Source: Takakia lepidozioides (Eukaryota > Plantae > Bryophyta). From it: a stretch of 64,000 bases of DNA. Made by a program: the position numbers and the translations under genes. The stretch is from NCBI GenBank assembly GCA_030704615.1, contig CM060734.1, positions 1,984,001-2,048,000 of the forward strand, written 5' to 3'. Shown in pieces: positions 13,986 to 26,610 of the stretch. How positions within the stretch are numbered: position 1 is the first letter of the stretch; each line of letters starts with the position of its first letter. Under the pieces are notes generated by a model. It was not told where the DNA came from and ran no database searches. It saw only the letters and a program-made list of their open reading frames with translations.

Positions 13986-14277
13986 AGCCCTTGGTATACG
14001 GTAATCCCGAACACTGTCAGTGCCACTGGTAGTGTTGAGTGCAACCTATGTGGACTGAAGCTTTCTTATCGTAAAGATCGGCTGCTCGCTCACCTCGGCT
14101 ATAGAGGTGTGAAGAACGCCGGGGTGGGTTTATGCCCTAAAGCATCTATGCGGGTAAGAGCGCACTTTGCCCAGTGTGGAGGCAATATTCCAAATGTCTC
14201 TGGATCTTGACATGACCTCTGAGCAGAAACTTCATCTTCCCGTCAGGATGCCCCGATTAGTTCCCAATGAGACTCTT
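13986..14277 (+). pseudogene. BED-type zinc-finger exon of the hAT transposase, on the opposite strand to the transposase body
   Basis: Manual translation SPWYTVIPNTVSATGSVECNLCGLKLSYRKDRLLAHLGYRGVKNAGVGLCPKAS (W..CxxC..RL..HL..C). It ends at a GT donor at 14278. Confidence 0.8.
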
Positions 14278-14281
14278 GTAT

Positions 14282-14870
14282 ATGGCGGTCGCTGTTATTT
14301 TTTATTTCGAAATATAATGCAACCGCCGGTATTGCGGTCGCTTATATTTTATTATGACATTTTTATTTTTTATATTTTTAAAATGACGCGACCGCAAATA
14401 TGGCTGTCGTTTGTTTTTATATATATTTAAAATAAAGCGCTTTCACTTTTTCTATTTTTAAGTTTAAGCGACCGCCCCAGTGGCGGTTGTTTTTATTTTT
14501 TATATTTTAAAATTTAAGCGTCTGCCAGTTTGGCGGTCGCCATTATTTTTTTAGTTTGAAATATAAAGCGACCGCCGGTGTGGTGGTCGCTTTTGTTTTC
14601 ATATGTCTCTTATATTTTTTATATTTTTAAAATAAAGCGACCGCCATATGACGGTCGTTTGTTTTTTTATATATTTTTAAAATGAAGTGACCGCCAATAT
14701 GGCGGTCACTTGTTTTGTTTTTTTAAAAATAAGGCGACCGCCAATGCGACCGCCATTCTTGTTTAAAAAATAAACTAAAATTAAAGCGACCGCCAACATG
14801 GCGGTCGCTCTTATTTTTTTAATTTCGAAATATAAAGCGACCGCCAGAATTGGCCGTCGCTTTCATTTTA
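14282..14870. repeat. Array of about ten palindromic AAGCGACCGC..GCGGTCGCTT units with AT-rich spacers
   Basis: Units recur at roughly 55-60 bp spacing, e.g. ~14467, 14566, 14636, 14785, 14835. Confidence 0.9.
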
Positions 14871-15057
14871 TTATTTTTCAAAATGTATTTGTCACCGCCA
14901 CCGTATCAACGACGTGGCTGATTGAGTGGCAATATTTTACCTGGTTGTTTTTTTACCAGAATATTCCCGGAACCTGACGTGATGGAGGTCCCGTTAGCGT
15001 CAGGTCTGACGTAACCTGCTGCTGACGGACGGACGTGACGCTAATAACTAGGTCTTT

Positions 15058-16181
15058 TTGCATGATCCGGACACTAAGAGATGTAAACTAAGGGAACGAG
15101 CCAAGAACAACATTGTATTGGCTCAGGCTGCTCAGGCTCGTAACTATAATAGGCGGGTGGTGTATTTTGATGCTTTCAAAGTTGGGCAATTTGTTTGTGT
15201 TCGTTTTCAACCTAGTAAGCAGGTATCCAAGGCCTCTCGTAGAATAGATGGTCCTTACTTGATTGTTGACATCCTTCCTGGTCGCCAGTATCAGATCTTG
15301 CCTCAACATGAATGCACTGCCGCACTTCCAGGGACTGTTCACGTTTCCTTACTGGTTCCTTGCACTCTTCAATTTGATCTAACATGTTTGAATGTTGAGC
15401 ATAGGCAGGTAATCCTGACTCATACCAGGGCTGCTCGCAATCAGCAGGTGGCTGCTTCTTCCATAAGGTGGTTTTTGTGAAAAAAAATTCGTGCTAGGTG
15501 GTCGCATCACCATGTAAACACCCGGGGTTTTTCCAGGGTGATGTTTTGTCCTTCGCTCAATTTGCAAAGCAAGGTGTTCTTCACCTGGTTTCTCATCCCT
15601 CAAGTCTCGGATGCGTAGTTTGTGCTAGTTTTGTTTTAGTGACCGTTTTCCTAGTTTGAATTCAAACTCCAAGCTCGCAGGAGCTCGCTTCTTTGGGGGG
15701 GGGCCGGCTAGCTTCACATATGTGGGGCCAGGATCCCCCCCCCCTTTTAATTCGACTGGATGGATGAAGGAGGGTAGGTAGGAAGTGATGGACCTATCTT
15801 TAGATTAGCCTAGTTGTTTTAACAGCTAGTTTAGGATTAGAGGTTATCGTGTGACGCTCAGGGGATGTAATCTGGACAGCCCGTCAGATGTTGACACCTG
15901 TCATTCTTGTTTAGCCATTTGGCACTTCTATTTAAACAGAGCCTTTGGGCCCTTAGGGTGGTTGATTTTTGGTTTCAACAGTGTACTTCCAGTGTACTAG
16001 AGTGTGTGGATGAACTGTGTGTGTTGAGTGCTGGATGCTCGATTTCATTACGTACTTTTGTGAAGATTCTGTTCTCTCAGCCGGCAAGCTTTGCCGAGCA
16101 AACATCCTTTGATTCGCGCTAAACTGGTAGAGGAAGGGGAATAAACCTCGTGACCATAATATAGCTTCACATCCCTTCACA
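15058..16181 (+). mobile_element. 3' fragment of a second Gypsy family (integrase SH3-like tail, 3' UTR, probable LTR ~15866-16181)
   Basis: RERAKNNIVLAQAAQARNYNRR..FKVGQFV..GPYLIV..TVHVSLL; purine tract followed by TGTAA..TTCACA. LTR limits are tentative. Confidence 0.65.
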
Positions 16182-18399
16182 TCTTGCAAGCGGAGAGAAG
16201 AAAGGATAGTCATTGAAAGGCCATGTCTCTTATGGAGCTCTGCCCCATTTATTGATCTCTGCAAATAGCCACAACACAATTTTATAGTGTAAATTAACCA
16301 TCATTATTTTATAAATTCATGAATAATAGATATGCCGCAAGTAATTTTGAAGGTATGTTTATTTGACATTTGCAATATTGAAGGAGTCAATTTTTGTTTT
16401 TCATGTCCATTAAAAAACAAAATTATCCATTCATCCATAAATAATAAAAATATTATGGAGCCCTCTATCGCAAATGGTTCTTTATAGGTAGGTATTAACC
16501 CCTAAAGGACAACGCGTCCTAGGCAGATTTTTGCCCACGATCCAGCTTTCGTGGATGACAACCCTGAAGATAAATTGTACAAGTTAGGGAGGAGCACATG
16601 TGGGAAGTGAGAGAGCCCTAAAATAATAAAAACTTTGCTCCTTAGATTTTTCCAAAGTGCCGGGGGGCAAGAAATCTAGTGTTCAACATCTTTTGATCTG
16701 TCCACATGGCAAGCCAAATGGACAATCTTGTAAATGACATCTATGTTGAAAAATTCATCATATTGCCAAAAAAATTTGTAATGTTACTAAGCACTTCTTT
16801 ACCAGAGAAATTAGAGAAAAATATCGTCTCATGGGAAGCAAAAACATGACAATTTGTCACCTAGATTTCACATACAAAGCAGCCTATCTCAATTTTTGGA
16901 ATTGTGGGAGGCAGTCCTTAATTTTGTGGTCAAAGCATTTTTCTATGTGATTTTGGAATACATTACAAATTATGGCAGACCCAAATGCAATGGTTAGATT
17001 GTCTACACTTTTGGCAAGGACGTGAATGTAGTAGATATGCATATAAATAAATAAATAAGGGTCACAAATTATGACAAGGGGCTATTCCTAAAGGTAAAAA
17101 AAAGAGAGGATTGGAGCAGCCAATGGGGAGGGAGGGCACCTCTGTTAGAATCAGTGAAATGTGACGCCACATGTAGAGTTTATCATAGAAGTAAGAGGTG
17201 GCCCCCTTCTTGTTCTAGAGCTTTCCAAAAGCAGGATGAGGTGTGGGGATGAGGTAGTGGGCCCCTTCTAGAAGGCTCCACTGCACCCTGCAAGACTTTA
17301 TTTACAACATGTACAATGGGTGAATGTACATAGGATGAGAAGTTCCAACATTGCAAATTTTAGAAGAAAATGGTCGATCAAGGGGACGTGATGTAAAGGG
17401 GCTCCGCAGTTTGCGGTGAGAGAGCTTGAGGACTTGGTTTTTTCAAGCTCTCCTCCGCGCGTCCACCACAACTCCCATCAGGAGCTCGGCAGTGTACTAG
17501 AGCTAAGCTCAGTGTTCAGTAACTTCTACAGATTGTGAAGACGCCACAAGCTCCCATTCTCTTTCCATTCTCTCTTCCTGGCTGGTGGCGCGCTTCCCCA
17601 CGATCGCATTAAGACAGATTCTTCCCTGACAGAAACTGCCATCCCCTGACTCTTTACCGGGCGATATTAAGCTCCTCTGCAATCCTCCAGCTCACGTTGG
17701 GCAATTTGCCTCCCTCCGCAGAGCGAAAGTCTGCTGCGTTCATGAACACAATGCAGATTTTAAATTGAGGGGGGAGGTGGCAAGGGATATCCCAAGAGTC
17801 TTTGAAACTAGGGCTGACCATATTATGGGATCCTCAATCTATAAAATCTATTGTTCACTAGTGGGTATGATACTCCCCAAGCATTTTGGTGGCTCCATCC
17901 ATTGCGGCTAATAATCGCAGGGGAGTGATACTTCCGCCTCTTCTCTACTTTCATAACATGCTTTACCCCCAAGGCCCGTCTGCTTCGATTCCTCGTTTGA
18001 TCTGCAGCTCTTGAGTGAGTAACGACTGTTACTTAATGAATGAGAGCTTCTTCATATATCTCATTCTTGCAGGGTACAGTCTTCTCCCTACGTTCTTCAA
18101 CTGTAGGTTGGCTGTGACCTGTTGCTCCCAAGCCCTTCTAGCCTTACACCCAATTGTCGCATTGCTATCTCCATATTGCTACCTCTTTTCTTATCTGGTG
18201 CGTAAGATCGCTTGCTAAGATTTGGTGGGACTTGTATGTGTAAGTGCTGTTAGATACAGGCATTGACAGTGTCTTTTCTCTTTTCACTAAGCTAAAGCCA
18301 TGAACGGCCGAGGAACAACAAGCAAAAGGGGAAACAGAGGCGGCTCAGCACAACGCTCTGGCTCCGCACTAGTTGGCAATGGAGGGAAGACAAAGTGGA

Positions 18400-18850
18400 T
18401 TATCAAAAACATCTCCAACTTCAATGGATCGCCCCATGGTTTGAAGTCTCATGACTACCACAATCTATTGCAAGACATATTGCCCATTGCAGTACGTGGG
18501 ATATTGATTCCCGAGGTTTGTGAGACAATCTATAGATTGGGAGGCTTGTTCCGGTGGATTTGCTCCAAAGAGTTGGAGGAAACGGATTTTCCACGCATGA
18601 AGAAGGAGACGGCGGAGGTAATCCAGCCACATCTTGTGGGGCCTTCCGTAACATTAGTGCAAGATGATTGTGGTTTCATGCGCGTCGATGTAGATAGGCT
18701 CAACCCTACTCATCGTCCCTCCGATGAGCATTTTTCACTGCATTCAGACATGGAGCAAGTTTTCTTCTCCGATGACAAAACAAGAGGGGGGAATTGGAAG
18801 GTGGTTGTGCATGCTCAGCCAAGAGGAAGACGTATCTATCATGGTCTCGG
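18400..18850 (+). pseudogene. CACTA transposase fragments (DUF4218-like fused to DUF4216-like through internal deletion)
   Basis: GLKSHDYHNLLQDILPIAVRG..LFRWICSKEL, then QDDCGFMRVD..QVFFSDD..WKVVVH, in ORF 18300..19073. Confidence 0.8.
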
Positions 18851-19089
18851 ATCTCCATGGGGTGAGGCAATTACGGTGGACGGAGAGACTGGTCATAATG
18901 ATGCTGATGATGGAGGTTGGGTAGAGGGGATAGAAGAAGATGATGACGCCCCGGACAATGCATCCCGGACCCTATATGATGAAGCTCCAGAAAATACGGA
19001 TGTTGGAGAAGGAGACGAAGACACGGCCATTGACAACGAGGTGGAGGATGATTCAGAGGTGCCTTTAGTATGAGGCTTTGGATATTGGT

Positions 19090-22000
19090 GGCTAGTGAGC
19101 CAACATTCTAGGTGCGGCAAAGCGAGTGTGCGTGCTGCACCGGAGACATATGTGTTTGGTTTGGGATTGAGTTGGATGGAGGAGTGTTAGTATGGGAGGA
19201 GGTAAGAGGCGAAGGTGTCGAAGGAGGAGAGGGGGGTGGGGGGTGGGCTGGGCGGAGGGTGAAAGCCGGGGATTGGGGAGTGGGCTTGGAGGGTGGCATT
19301 GAGAATGTTTTCAGAGAGAAATGGAAATTTATTGGAGATAGTGTGGAGGTCACAGGGGGAGTTGGAGAGGTAGTCGCCAAGTATTTTGTGGACATTGCCT
19401 GGGTTTGAATGAAGAAGTTGGAGTGAGGTTTGCAGTTCAGTTAGGTGATGGGGGGGGTGCTAGGTAATTGTGGGGGTGGGTAGGTAGCAGGTGTAGCTTG
19501 TGCAAAACGGCACCGACATACGTATCCGGGTGGGTCGTGAGGTAGTCATTGCATATAGTTGGGAGTGGGGAGATGTTAATGATTAGAGAGAATAATAGGT
19601 GTTGCGTGGGGTATTGATGAAGTTTATGTGCCGTGTGGACTAGTGCGGGGTGTTCGCTTATTGGGAGGCCAAAGGTGACACTTGGGTGTGTATGATGGGG
19701 TTTGGTTGGAGATGGATGAACAAGGAAGGGCTTGAAGTGTTCATATATGTGTTGATATGCAGGAGTAAGCGAGACCATGTTTGTCTGAAAGTATAGGGTG
19801 TAACGTTCTTGAGAGTCTATAGGAAGTGTATCAATAAGGTTGGTGATATCATCAGGGCCAGGGTTGGGATGTATGTCCCCACATCTCAAAGGAGAAGGGT
19901 TTCGCATGCAAGTTTAGCTTTAGCTTGGTGTGACGGGGGATGATGTAGGGAGTGTTTAGACAGTTAGGATTGTAGTTTATATCGTCCATAGGGCCAGTGC
20001 GTTATGGGGGGGGTGGGATACCATATGCTGTTGTGGAGAGGGGGTAAGCGGTGGTTGTGCGGTCATTGGGGGCGGCTCTGCGAGAGCTGGTGTGCTTGGT
20101 GGTGGAGCTGGTGGCGGGGTGATAGGGGGGGGGGATAAAGGAGGGGGATTGGGTTGCATGGGTGTCTATCATGGAATGGGTATGTGTAAATGGTAATCCA
20201 ATGATATCTATGAATAGGGAGTTGAGGGGTGTGGGGGAGGGAGATGGCCAGGGGCAGTGGGGGTGGGGAATGGATGTAGTGAGTGTGGATGAATGAATTG
20301 GGTGAGGGGTTAGGCAGCGTGGGTTATAGGGGTGTGGCGGGATGAACGTATGGGACATGGGTGGGTAAGTACGGGAGGCTAGCCGACACAGCGTAAACGA
20401 TATCTCTGGGGCATGGGGATGACGAGGGATGAATAATTATTTTGTCTAGAGATGGATGTATAAGAGGATGTATGGGTGAGATTCATATAGTGAATGACGA
20501 GGGGTGGGCTTGGTAGGGGTTATGATTTGAATTGGAGGCGGGACGTGTCTGTAGTAGGGCGCCGCCACGTGGGGGGCGCGGGGGTGGAGGGGGCCATCTG
20601 GGTACGAGCAGGGAGATGGGATGTGCGTTACGGGGGGGCTGGAGTATGAGGTGCTTGTAAGATAGTGAATCGTAGTGCAGTGTGTGCGTGCAGTGCAGAT
20701 CGTGGAGCGCAGAGTGAGCATAGTAATAGTGAGAGAAGGGTCGCAGGTGGTCAGTATATTATGGGTAGTGGGGGAGAATGGGTAGACACAAAGAGAGGTG
20801 GTAGGGAGAGTGAAGACAGATTTCTGATTAGAAGATGAGGAGAAATCAAAATTAGCTTGGCACGGGGCCAGTATTGAGAGTAGAGAGATTGTATAGTGAA
20901 CAATAAAGCAAAGGCCTTGGAGAAGAGGACCGCGAGGGCCCTGGCAGCTGTGCGTCTTCGCAGCTGGATTATGCATCAGTTGCTGGTAGGGTGCTTGGGT
21001 TGTGGGCGACTTGGTATGGGTGCTGCGATGGGGCCGCCATCAGCAGGACCGGGGTCGTTCCTTTGATGATGCCAGCAACATCAAAACGGGGGGGGGGGGG
21101 TGTCGGTGGCAGTTCGACAATCGTCATGGACTTGTTGACGTTGGCGGGAGTAGTTGCGGCATTACCAAGGGCTTGAAGCCCTGTCACATGAGAGGGGAGG
21201 CCTGGGGGTAGTGGCAGTTGCTCAAGATATTTGTTGGCGTGTTCGTAGAAGCTGGCCAAGTTGACTGCCATGTTCTTGGTAATAGAGTCTTGTAGCTTTA
21301 CCAGGTAGTCACGGTGCGAATCCTGCTGGGCAGTCATGGTGATGGCAACCCTGGTCTCCATAGCTGCAAGGTCTTGCTTGATGTCAGATTTAATTGAGAT
21401 AGCATGGGCGGTGAGCCTCATGTCAATCTCCGTCAGCATAGAGTCATGGCCTCATTTGGACTTTGTTTCTGGTCTGATGATGATCGAGTTGATGGTGTCT
21501 GCCAGAGCCTGATTAACGTTGGCCACTCGTAACCTTTCTAGAATTTCGGCCGCAGGTGGCTCCGAGCCATTCAAGCTACGAGTGTGCGGCTCAAAACGAA
21601 CTAGCCTGTCAATTACAAGGGTGGGGGGTCTATTACTCCACTGAGTATATATGCTCGGGTTTTTACAGGTGATAAGGATCATAACATTGTGGCGGACTTT
21701 CTCCGTTCTGGCAATCTTGTTGAAGTGCAGGCTTTTGATGTTGTCTTTGCCCTTCAAGTTGCGAATTGCTGCTTCTGTCTCTGCTTGTGGGTGCAATGGA
21801 TTGAGATTTTTCACCACTAGGGTGAGGGCATCTCTCTCGCAAAGATTTCCTGTGGTGTTGCGGCAATGCCGGTCACACTTGTGCGTCTTGTGCCGAGTTG
21901 AGGCTTGATGAGCATATGCTTGATCCGTACTCCGTGGGCGAGCATTCTTGTTGTGGTGTCCTCGGTAGCTAGGTAGATGAAACAAAATTTTGTGTCAGGT

Positions 22001-24300
22001 CCTGTCTTGGCGACATGCATAATTTTGAATTCGTCGTTGTGTAGGTATGTTTCTGTGATCAGGTGCATGGTGAGCTTGCTGCCGATTGTCCCGAGGAGGA
22101 CTTCGCTTGCCAGGTACAATGATAGGTGGTCCGTGGACGCGGAGAGGGCAAATGCCTTTTCGACCTTTCCTTGCTTGGGCATGCCGGAGGCCATGGTGAG
22201 TACAAATGCTCGGTCGCCTTTTAAGAGGGCGAGGCCATCTGTGACCGGTGAAGTAATTCCATCTTGAGGAGGCCAATCCACGTCGGGCTCCCATGCTTGG
22301 AGTATGCCGTAATGGGTGAGTACATCCTGTTCCCGAGTGGGATGTTCATAGATTCAAATCGCGAGCGGGCTCTCAGAAGCGCTTGCTCTTTGGGCATCTC
22401 AAAGTCCGTGTCAAAACGTATCAAGATGTGCGGGGGAGCAGCCGAGATCCCGGAACAATTTCTGTGCCCTTTGGCAATTGGGTGAGAGGGTAGAATTGGC
22501 CTTCTTTCCCGTCCGGCCTGGCTGCAGGAAACAGAAGCTGTGGGACATGCGGGAACGCCTTCGGGCAATTCTGCAACTTGGCTGTATTAGTGTATGTCAA
22601 TGTGTGGCAGTAGGGTTGTTTGTTTCTGATAATTAGGGGTTGTGCTCGGTGTGGGGGAGTGTGCAGGGATCATAATATAAGTGGTGGGCGTTTTGGCTAA
22701 TCTTGGTCAAAGGGAGTGAATTAAGGTGAGTACAAGTTGTAGGTATCCGAGGTGCGGTTGTTTTGGTAGTGGCCTCATTATGGGGGAGCTTTGGAGGTGG
22801 GTGGTGGGTTTGATAATGGGTGCTGGTGGGTGGGGTAGGGATGGATGGTGCAGAGGCGGTGGCTGGTGCTGGGGGGGTGGGGCAGGCTGCGGGAGCTTAT
22901 AACGTCGGAGATTTATTTGAATTAGGGGGGCATGGTTAAGGGATGGAGAGGGATCTGTATGGTTGGACACAAATGATATGTCAGGGGAATGGAGTGGCTT
23001 GTATGTACGCATGAAGTGGCAACTGGTGACGAAGTTGTGAGCATTGGGTATTGAGGCACAAGTGGGTGAGTGGGGGTAGGTCTTGCATGGATATGTGTAT
23101 ATCCATGTGTGATGTTTTAGTGGGGTTTTGATATGTTGACTGGTGTTAAACACTGCCGGGGTCGTGGTGGGGCAGAAAAGTGGAAGTGGTCCGGGGATCA
23201 TGTAGTGTGGGGGTATTTTGAAAGCCCGCTGAGGGGCAGAAAATTTCGTAGAGGTCCAGTATGTGCCATCAGGAGCTGGCTATGTATTTTGTAGAGTAGA
23301 GAGCAGCCCAGAGGGCTGGGAATTTTTGAGTGGGACAGCGGGCAGCCCAAGGAGCTGGATGCAGATGAGAAAGAGTGGTTGCAGCTCGGGGATCTGGTAT
23401 GCACAGTATGAAGATGAGAACAGCTCAGGGAGCTGATGAAGAGAAATAATTGTGATGTAAATTTCATATTGGCAGTGTACATAGCAGGTCTCCTGTAAAC
23501 GGCATGTAGACCACAGTTGATGATTTTGTTGTGGCCCTCTATGGGCTAGTAGGAGCTTGGTAATTGTTTTGTGAAGTAGAGAACAGCCCAGGGGGCTGGT
23601 AATGTTTGAGCAAGACAGCATATAGCTCAGGGAGCTGGTGATAGAGGAGAGAAAGTTGTTGCAGCTCAATATGTAAGATACGAAAATGAGAGCAGCTCAG
23701 GGAGCCGTTATAAAGAGATAGCATTAATATAAAGTCCATGCAAGCAGCGTAGCGGGCCTTTTGGATGCGGTATTCAGGCCAGAGTCGGTCATGCAGGTGA
23801 CATTCCACTTGTTGGCGTTGTGTTGCTTGTCAAGCTTGGTGTTGTATGAGCAGGGTCTGGATCTGCAAAACAGAGAGGCAATGTGCGGGAATTAGAGTAC
23901 GTTATATGGGAGAGGGTGGAGAAAGTACTGGACAGTGTCATGGGCCAGCAATGAGGAGCGGATCTTGTCTGATACAAGGAATTGAGGTCGATCAGGGGTG
24001 GGAGTAGGGGAATAACGTGAGAAGGGGGGTGTTGTAAACAACGTGGCTGGATTGTAGCAGGGTGGGGGGTAGTGGGGGTATGTGCCTGGTGTCCAGTGTG
24101 AGGTGGGTGATGGCTGCAGAACGAAGAGAAGTGGATGGACAAGAGTAGCCAACGCGGGTGGAACTGATTGGGTGGACAATGGGTTTATGGTGGCTGTTCC
24201 CCGCTGGAAGACTAGAAAAAAGAGAGGGGGGTGGGGGGGGTGGGGGTACGTTGGATTTAAACAGGATGATGTATACCTGGCTGTGTTATTGTGCAATGCT
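19090..24300 (-). mobile_element. Probable non-LTR retrotransposon 5' half (ORF1 with RRM-like segments and coiled-coil, start of ORF2), 3'-truncated
   Basis: Frameshifted ORF1 pieces in 20969..22568 (FCFIYLAT, LTLVVKNL..ILITCK RRM-like), C/A-rich strand bias, and a GDIHPNPGP motif as found at the N-terminus of LINE ORF2. No endonuclease or RT was recognised. Confidence 0.55.
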
Positions 24301-25420
24301 AGTCACTCAGATGGATCATTTGGCAAGTCTGGAGCTGGAATTTTAGCACCAGGCCAGAGCTAATTCAAGCAAGAATATCACAGGGAGTAAAATAAGAATC
24401 CACTTAAAATATACCAAGTTATATCCCGAAGGACATGAAGGAGCTTTTAGAAAACAAAGTGTAATCTAAAGAAGCTTTACAAAGTAATACTTGGCAGTTT
24501 ACAAGCAAGACCAACATAGATGTGTCTGCTCATTATTCAGTAAGTGGCTCAAAAAGCTAAAATACAGACAAGATGGTCAAATCTGAAGCTGGTATTTTAG
24601 TGCCAGACCAGAGATACTTGAAAGCAGGAACACCACAGGTAGTACATTTTAGAGTCCACAAAGAAAATACCAAGTAATGACCCAAACAAATGGGGGAGCT
24701 TTTAGAAAACAGTTTGTAGTCTAAAGAGCCCTACTAAAGTATTGCTTGGTAGTTTATACGTAGAAACAACATATAATGTCTGTTTGTACATTCAACAAGT
24801 GGTTCAACAATGCACTGCTTGGTGTTTTAGAACAACTACAATGTAATCTGCAGAGTTCTTCATAGTAACTAATTGCTTGGTAACATAACAGCCAGATTTG
24901 TCTTAAGAATCCACTTACAACATACCAAGATATATCCCAAAGGACATGGAGGAGCTTTTAGAAATAGAGTGTAATGTAAAAAAACTCTACAAAGTAATGT
25001 TTGGCAGTTTACAAGTAAGAACAACATAGATATGTCTGCTCTACATTCAGTAAGTGGTTCAAAAAGCTAAAAATACAGCCAGGGCAAATCTGGAGCTGGT
25101 ATTTCAATGCCAGACGAGAGATAATTCAAGCCAAGAACATCACAGGTAGTACATTTTAAAGTCCACAAGGAACATACCAAGTTATGTCCCAAACAAATGG
25201 GGAAGCTTTTAGAAAAAGTGTGTAGTCTAAAGAGCCCTACAAAGGTACTGCTTGGTAGTTTATTATAAGTAGAAACAACATGTAATGTCTGTTTTTACAT
25301 TCAACAAGTGGTTCAAGAATGCACTACTTGGTGTTTTAGAACAGCTAGAATGTAATCTGCAGAGTTCTTCATAGTAGCCTGCTTGATAACATAATATTCA
25401 GATCTATCTTAAGCTCAAAA
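24300..25420. repeat. Tandem repeat, ~510-bp unit built from two diverged ~255-bp halves
   Basis: AAGAATCCACTTA..ATACCAAG..GGAGCTTTTAGAAA at ~24394 and ~24905; related half-units at ~24650 and ~25160. Confidence 0.85.
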
Positions 25421-25899
25421 GTACTGCCTTGTATTGCATATATTAAAACAGCTTAAGCTTGGCTGTTTCAAACTAACTAGGTATTTCCAAAAGCATTTCA
25501 TGGTATACTTTACACAAAACAGCTTGTGATTCTGAAAGCACCATGAATCAGTCTATCATAGGCTCAATTGTCATGACCAAAAGTACTGTATGGTACTTAC
25601 AAGTAAAAGCAGCATAGATTGACTTGCTTTAAAATTGAATGAGTAATCCTAGGGCTGGAGAGTATTAACCAGTTCCATGTCATCAAAAAACTCACCAGAA
25701 CCAGGTGTGGGTATGGTATCCCAGAACCCTGGTAGCATGTAGTCATTGTTAACAAGAGTCCTTTAAAGAATGTTTGTATTCTAAAGGCTCAACATAAAAC
25801 TGCTACAGCCAACAAACAAAGGTTGGTTGCAAGAACCCAAAACCAAAAAGGAGGAGGTTGAAAGTAGATCAATGTTCCTCGCTGAAGCAATGCGTAGCT

Positions 25900-26610
25900 G
25901 GCCATGGTGATGGTGCAGCCCTGATGGTCCAGCCCTGATATGGTGATGGTGTTAAACAAAGGAATGCTGAAAACTTTGTCAGACTTTCAATGTAATCATG
26001 GACACTGACCCAAACCTCCCAAACCTGAACTAGGTCTTGGGGCAAAGAATAGAGTATCTGATTATACCCTGGTGTGTAAGCTGCCAAAACAACAGGCTGC
26101 AGCCTTGATAAGGTGATGGTGGTAAACAAAAGCAAGGTGGAACTTAGTTTCCAGGCCTTCGATGGTTATGCTTTGATGTATAACTGCCATTTAAAAAACA
26201 GTTTGCAGCCCTGATATGGTGATGATTTTAAACCAAGGCAAGCTGGAATATTGTTTTCAGGCCTTCTGTGTAATCATTGGTAACATTCTTAGCAAGCTGA
26301 AAATGTATTTCTTGCTATGAACAGCGGTAAATGGACCTCTATATGGTCATGGTTACTTGTGGGTCAATCACCTTGGTATGGCACTTGGTTTCCAGGCCTT
26401 CTATAAATCATTGGTGCTTTTTTAAGCAAGCTGAACATGAAGTTCTTGCTATGAACAATGGTGAACGGGTCTCTACATTTTCCCACCCCCCCACCCAGGG
26501 ATTTCATTGACTTTGAAGTCTGGGGTTTGTCATAAAGCTGACTTGTGAATGAAGCATGGTTTGCCTTTGTTATGAGGCCGATTTGTCATTAATCTGACAA
26601 TGACCTAGTC
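25900..26610. repeat. Direct repeat, with its copy at ~29670-30415
   Basis: Near-identical runs (GGCCATGGTGATGGTGCAGCCCTGAT..TTTCCCACCCCCCCACCCAGGG..AATCTGACAATGACC) at both sites. Confidence 0.9.

Noticed and set aside
16495-16520. piggyBac end (TTAA followed by CCC)
   Set aside because: No matching opposite terminus or piggyBac transposase was found.
19977-20976. Pro/His-rich extensin-like host genes
   Set aside because: Low-complexity products of the C/A-biased, frameshifted retroelement strand; no signal peptide or gene structure.
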